A DNA stretch of 64,000 nucleotides, taken from a virus. Lineage: Duplodnaviria; Heunggongvirae; Uroviricota; Caudoviricetes. The translations under genes were made by a program, and so were the position numbers. The notes below the pieces were generated by a model, which made no database searches, was not told where the DNA came from, and was given only the letters and a program-made list of their open reading frames with translations. The stretch is taken from the IMG/VR virus record IMGVR_UViG_3300009709_000002, positions 128,001 through 192,000 of that record, one strand, 5' to 3'. Shown one piece after another: positions 63,301 through 64,000 of this stretch (within the stretch, counting starts at the first letter, position 1; every line of letters starts with the position of its first letter).

Positions 63301-63330
63301 ATTATATTTCATCTACATCATGAAGTAAAC
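63301..63330 (-). promoter_or_regulatory. Sigma70-type promoter, predicted leaderless transcript
   Basis: GTTTAC-N18-TATAAT, then 6 nt, then the ATG at 63294. Confidence 0.65.
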
Positions 63331-63344
63331 CATTTGACAAAAGA

Positions 63345-63368
63345 AAAGGGAGACAGAAGTCTCCCTTT
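63345..63368 (-). terminator. Terminator after the capsid gene
   Basis: AAAGGGGAGAC-TTCT-GTCTCCCCTTTT. Confidence 0.75.
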
Positions 63369-63444
63369 AAATTACAACTTATCTACAGCTATTAGGTGTT
63401 CGTTGCGCCGAAAGTATTGCTTCCGGCTAACACTAGTTTCGTAA

Positions 63445-64000
63445 TTAAACAAATACCAGGTTGTTTACAACGATTTTTCCATAATAGTCGGCGGAATTCG
63501 CAAGCGATGTGTTCGATGCGGTGAAGGTAGCCTTACCGTAACGAGTCAGCACTGCAAGTTGGTTGTTGTACGTTTGTGGGTCGATAACCGTGTTAGAAGT
63601 CATCAGCGGGATGTATGGGCAGTAGAAGTAACCTGCATCCGTTTCACCATTGCCACCCTTGTAACCGACCAGAACGATGTCCGACGTTGATGTTACAGTG
63701 CTGTTATCTACCGAAGCTTGCGCAACTGCAGCGAACGAAGCATTGAACAGGAACGAGTAAACCTTGATCGTGCCGTTCAGCGTACCAGCCAGGCGTGTGT
63801 TGTTCGGACCTTCGAACGAGCCAGAAACAGCTGGTGCGAATACCGACTTAGCAGCCGATTGGAGAACTGAAACAACTTGCGGGGACACAACGATGAAGTT
63901 ACCAGCACCGCGACGTGTCTTAGCAGCGATTTCGTTTGCGACCTTGTTGATCAGCACGCCCAGAACTGCATGGCGGTCACCAACATAGTGCGGAACACCC
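63445..64000 (-). CDS. Major capsid protein (gp23-like), C-terminal part; runs off window end
   Basis: TRRGAGNFIVVSP, VGYKG, DAGYFYCPYIPL, TRYG; frame open to 63999. Confidence 0.95.
   Translation of the reverse strand, partial: GVPHYVGDRHAVLGVLINKVANEIAAKTRRGAGNFIVVSPQVVSVLQSAAKSVFAPAVSGSFEGPNNTRLAGTLNGTIKVYSFLFNASFAAVAQASVDNSTVTSTSDIVLVGYKGGNGETDAGYFYCPYIPLMTSNTVIDPQTYNNQLAVLTRYGKATFTASNTSLANSADYYGKIVVNNLVFV

Noticed and set aside
1-64000. Alternative genetic code
   Set aside because: Conserved genes are full length under the standard code and end in TAA, TAG or TGA.

Overview
A 64-kb segment of a large T4-related (jumbo-type) myophage genome, with almost all genes on the minus strand. 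It holds four main gene sets: (i) replication/recombination genes (ATP-dependent ligase, clamp loader gp44/gp62, UvsW/UvsY/UvsX, gp32, class Ia NrdAB, dCMP deaminase, and a miniature DnaE split into two separate genes); (ii) a morphogenesis block (terminase, gp4, tail tube, gp13/14/15, sheath, 3' end of the major capsid gene); (iii) host-takeover/counter-defence genes (SmpB, Rnl2-type RNA ligase, two Pol-beta-type nucleotidyltransferases, Acb1-like 2H phosphoesterase, AlkB, two GroES, a J-domain-kinase/vWA/PurA-like module, MoxR-vWA); (iv) two homing endonucleases. The best candidate for a new system is at 26.8-37.0 kb: myo-inositol-1-phosphate synthase, HAD phosphatase, GT-B glycosyltransferase, an aGPT-PPlase-type DNA transferase, a divergent C5-cytosine methyltransferase and an SGNH-like protein. 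Four of these end in the same LLxF-type C-terminal tail, a putative sliding-clamp tether. Together this suggests an inositol-based DNA hypermodification pathway. The 200-nt 5' leader of the inositol synthase gene contains two tandem copies of a covarying RNA structure that I cannot match to a known family, a candidate riboswitch. No tRNA, tmRNA, rRNA or CRISPR array was recognised. All assignments come from motif recognition by eye; no database search was run.
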